A stretch of DNA of 64,000 nt from a candidate division FCPU426 bacterium (lineage in GTDB: Bacteria; Oederibacteriota; Muellerivitia; Muellerivitales; Muellerivitaceae), in assembly GCA_963796105.1 (NCBI GenBank), contig CAWCKJ010000012.1, positions 128,001 through 192,000 of the forward strand, read 5' to 3'. Both the position numbers and the translations under genes were made by a program. Below the pieces are notes generated by a model, which saw only the letters and a program-made list of their open reading frames with translations, searched no databases and was not told the DNA's origin. This document shows positions 61,196 through 64,000 of this stretch, piece after piece (the first letter of the stretch is position 1; the number at the start of each line of letters is the position of its first letter).

Positions 61196-61265
61196 AAATG
61201 CCTTTCACCAAAAATTCACAAAATGAAATGAACCCAACCGGAATTATTTCGATGTTTACAAAGTT

Positions 61266-61365
61266 ACCCCCCACTTTGAAAAAGGGGGGACAGGGGGGTA
61301 TTAGCCTTTGGCTAAGCAGCAAGAAAAGACTAACTTCCCCTTAATCCCCCTCTTTCAGAGGGGGA
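61266..61365. repeat. REP doublet (REPIN-like), copy 2
   Basis: Inverted homologue of 31690-31786 with a different central spacer. Confidence 0.75.
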
Positions 61366-61401
61366 GATATAGTGCGTCCAGGCTGAATTTGCAAAGTCGA
61401 G

Positions 61402-62952
61402 TTATTTCTTTTTTTCTTTCTCTATTCGGGGAAATAATGGCTGACCTTTCGTCACCTTCTGCCCTGCTGGGATTCGGCCCCATTCCCCGGTTTCAGATAA
61501 CGAATGCTTTTGGATATCATCCGAAAACCCAAGTTGGGACCAGATGGCCGATGCCGTAAAAGGCATGAAAGGCGCGATCGAAAGAGCCGTGACCCTCAAG
61601 GTTTCCATGAGGTTATACATGATTGTCCCCAGTTTCTCCTGGTTTCCCTCCTTGGCGACTTTCCAAGGGGCTGATTCCTCAATATATTTATTCGCGCGCT
61701 TAACCAACTCCCAAGCCTGGGCCAAGGCGTTGTGGTATTCCAAGTGTTCCATGGCTTTTCGCGCGGTTGGAATATACGCCTTACCCAGCGCTATCAAGCT
61801 TTTTTCCAAATCGCCATCGGATCCGGGTTTTGGGATGATTCCCCCGAAATATTTCTCCAACATGGTCAAACTGCGGTGTACCAGGTTTCCAAGGTCGTTG
61901 GCAAGGTCGCCATTGAACCGAAGCTGGAAGGATTCGTCGGTATAATTTCCATCCATTCCATAGGGTATTTCCCGCAATAGATAATACCGGACCGCGTCAG
62001 GCCCGTAGGCGGCCGCCAGCTCAAAGGGATCGACGGTATTCCCGAGGCTTTTGGACATTTTTCTTCCATCCTTGGTGATATGGCCCGTCACAAATACCAT
62101 TTTCGGGATGGGCACTCCCGCCGCCATGAGCATGGAGGGCCAGAGGGCCGCGTGGAACCTTAAGATTTCCTTCCCTATGATGTGAACGTCAGCAGGCCAG
62201 AATTTCCTGTAATTTTCACCCTTTGGCCAGCCAATGGCCGTGATGTAATTCAATAAAGCGTCAAACCACACGTAAATAACCGACCCCTCCGGCACCGGCG
62301 CTTGAATTCCCCATTTCAGGGCCGCCCGCGTAATGCAGACGTCCGGCAGGCCGGGTTTGACGAAATTGCTGACGAGGTCGTTGCGGCGTATTTCAGGGAA
62401 GACAAATTCGGGGTGGGTTTCCAGGTATTCCTCGATCTTCTTTTGGAACTTGGACATGGAGAAAAAATAGTTTTCTTCCTGAAGGCGTTCCACAGTACGT
62501 CCGCACTCGGGACATTTGCCATCCACCACTTCCGAGTCCAAGAGGAACCTCTCGTCCGGCAGGCAGTACCAGCCCTCATAATGGCCCTTGTAGATATAAC
62601 CCGCGTCCATCACTTGCTTGAAGAAGGCCTGGCAGGCTTTCTTGTGGTCCTCATCGGTGGTACGGATAAACCTGTCATAGGAAATCCCGAGTTTATCCCA
62701 CGCCTGCTTGAAACGATCCACCACCTGGTCAGCCAGCTGTTTGGGTTCCAAACCCTTTTCCTTGGCCGATTTCTCGATTTTTTGCCCGTGCTCGTCGGTT
62801 CCGGTGAGGAAATAAACGTCATATCCGTCCATGCGTTTGAAGCGCGCGATCGTGTCGGCCCCAACGGTGGCGTAAGCATGGCCGATATGGGGGATGTCGT
62901 TCACGTAATAAATGGGTGTCGTCACATAAAAGGTTTTTTTGGTTTCGGGCAT
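61402..62952 (-). CDS. metG: methionyl-tRNA synthetase (short form, no C-terminal tRNA-binding domain)
   Basis: TTPIYYVN..PHIGH, TGTDEHG, YVWFDAL and KMSKS. Confidence 0.97.
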   Translation of the reverse strand: MPETKKTFYVTTPIYYVNDIPHIGHAYATVGADTIARFKRMDGYDVYFLTGTDEHGQKIEKSAKEKGLEPKQLADQVVDRFKQAWDKLGISYDRFIRTTDEDHKKACQAFFKQVMDAGYIYKGHYEGWYCLPDERFLLDSEVVDGKCPECGRTVERLQEENYFFSMSKFQKKIEEYLETHPEFVFPEIRRNDLVSNFVKPGLPDVCITRAALKWGIQAPVPEGSVIYVWFDALLNYITAIGWPKGENYRKFWPADVHIIGKEILRFHAALWPSMLMAAGVPIPKMVFVTGHITKDGRKMSKSLGNTVDPFELAAAYGPDAVRYYLLREIPYGMDGNYTDESFQLRFNGDLANDLGNLVHRSLTMLEKYFGGIIPKPGSDGDLEKSLIALGKAYIPTARKAMEHLEYHNALAQAWELVKRANKYIEESAPWKVAKEGNQEKLGTIMYNLMETLRVTALSIAPFMPFTASAIWSQLGFSDDIQKHSLSETGEWGRIPAGQKVTKGQPLFPRIEKEKKK

Positions 62953-63094
62953 TTTTTCTCCAAGCATTTAATCGTTGTTTTGAAGCACAGGCCTTCGATC
63001 ATTCCCATTCAAATTAAATATAAACCAAGGAACAAAGATAAATAAAATCAGAAATTTTAAATTCTAAAAGACATTAAGCAAAACCAAATCCTTT

Positions 63095-63263
63095 GCCACG
63101 GATTCAGGGGATGCACTCGGATAAAATATAGAAAAAAGGCTTTAAGCTTATGTTTTTAAATCCCATGTATCCCATGCATGCCGACCTTCATATAAATAAT
63201 TAAAGAGGTCGGTATTGTACCAATCTCACAATAAATATTAAGGAAGATTGGCACATCTGTGGC
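63095..63263. other. multi-branch palindromic intergenic element between holB and metG
   Basis: Outer stem GCCACGGAT/ATCTGTGGC enclosing three hairpins. Confidence 0.5.
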
Positions 63264-63288
63264 TAGAGCCTATTTTTGTCAGGTGTGG

Positions 63289-64000
63289 TTAAATCTCAAA
63301 CGCTAAATCCGCGAAGGATTGATCGGCTAAAACCCCTTTCTTGAATCCTTCCCTCAACTCCATCAGCAAATGATCTAAAATCATACGGCTTGAAAGATTT
63401 GTTTCAATCAAATCCTGGTGTATCCTGATCCGGTTCAAAACCGTTTCCGGGGGCAATGACGATAAAGGTTTCGGGATATCCGCTTCCCCCGTTAGGCGCT
63501 TCCGCCAATAGGCCAAATAAACCTGAAGGACAGTTCTCATGACCAAGGTTTTCCGCTGGGTGGCGGTCAATACCGCGTCCCCAATGAACTCCGGCTCCCA
63601 TTGCTCGTATTCCGTGGTCAAGGAAAGCCAGTCCCCTTCCGGCCCGGTCAAAACCCGGTCCAGATCGCTTTTGACTTTCGCCTTAAAATCCGTCCAAAAG
63701 GGCTCGGCTTCCCTTAACGCTTGGGTGATATCCCCCTCCGCCTCTCCTGCCGCGTTTCGCGCTTTGACAGGATCCCAGCCGTGATTTTTCACGAGGATTT
63801 CCTCTATTTTAACGCGCGGGATGGGGTGAAACCGGACCGGCCTGCACCTTGAGAGGATCGTCGGCAAAAGAGCGTTCACTTTCTCGGTTATCAGGATGAT
63901 GTAGGTTGCCGCGGGCGGCTCTTCCAGGGTCTTTAAAAGAACGTTTTGTGCTTCCTCATTCATCTCATGGGCGTCGGGAATGACCGCGATTTTATAGGGG
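63289..64000 (-). CDS. holB: DNA polymerase III delta-prime subunit, C-terminal part (runs off window end)
   Basis: KIAVIPDAHEMNEEAQNVLLKTLEEPP and LLPTILSRC; holB-metG-tatD synteny. Confidence 0.9.
   Translation of the reverse strand, partial: PYKIAVIPDAHEMNEEAQNVLLKTLEEPPAATYIILITEKVNALLPTILSRCRPVRFHPIPRVKIEEILVKNHGWDPVKARNAAGEAEGDITQALREAEPFWTDFKAKVKSDLDRVLTGPEGDWLSLTTEYEQWEPEFIGDAVLTATQRKTLVMRTVLQVYLAYWRKRLTGEADIPKPLSSLPPETVLNRIRIHQDLIETNLSSRMILDHLLMELREGFKKGVLADQSFADLAFEI

Overview
Bacterial chromosomal window (~45% GC core) with genes almost all on the minus strand. It has four blocks. (1) 1-10 kb: aspS (partial), hisS, an LpoA-like lipoprotein, a GH5, dut, a BshC-like protein with a GT2, and a TPR protein. 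(2) 10-34.5 kb: an intact IS1380-family element, then a large surface-polysaccharide locus (NDP-sugar enzymes, WcaJ-type priming transferase, GT2/GT4/GT11, two flippases, ugd, an rmlD remnant, a WaaL-type ligase). (3) 34.5-43.5 kb: folC-accD, trpD-C-F-(TPR)-B-A and dapL. (4) 43.7-60.4 kb: a ~17 kb accessory/defence island downstream of holB-metG-tatD. The island holds vapBC, a phased 10-mer repeat array split by an IS21 element, an ORF6N gene with stacked palindromes and a highly structured non-coding region. It also holds a Type I RM operon with an embedded HEPN toxin whose MNT antitoxin is fused to HsdS (currently frameshifted by +1), a 284-bp duplicate of the tatD 3' end, a carbohydrate-binding lipoprotein, a mazG remnant and higBA. 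Homologous hairpin elements with compensatory base changes bracket the RM operon and the lipoprotein gene in inverted orientation, which suggests cassette-like mobilisation. No rRNA, tRNA or CRISPR array was recognised. All product calls come from motif recognition by eye; no database searches were run.
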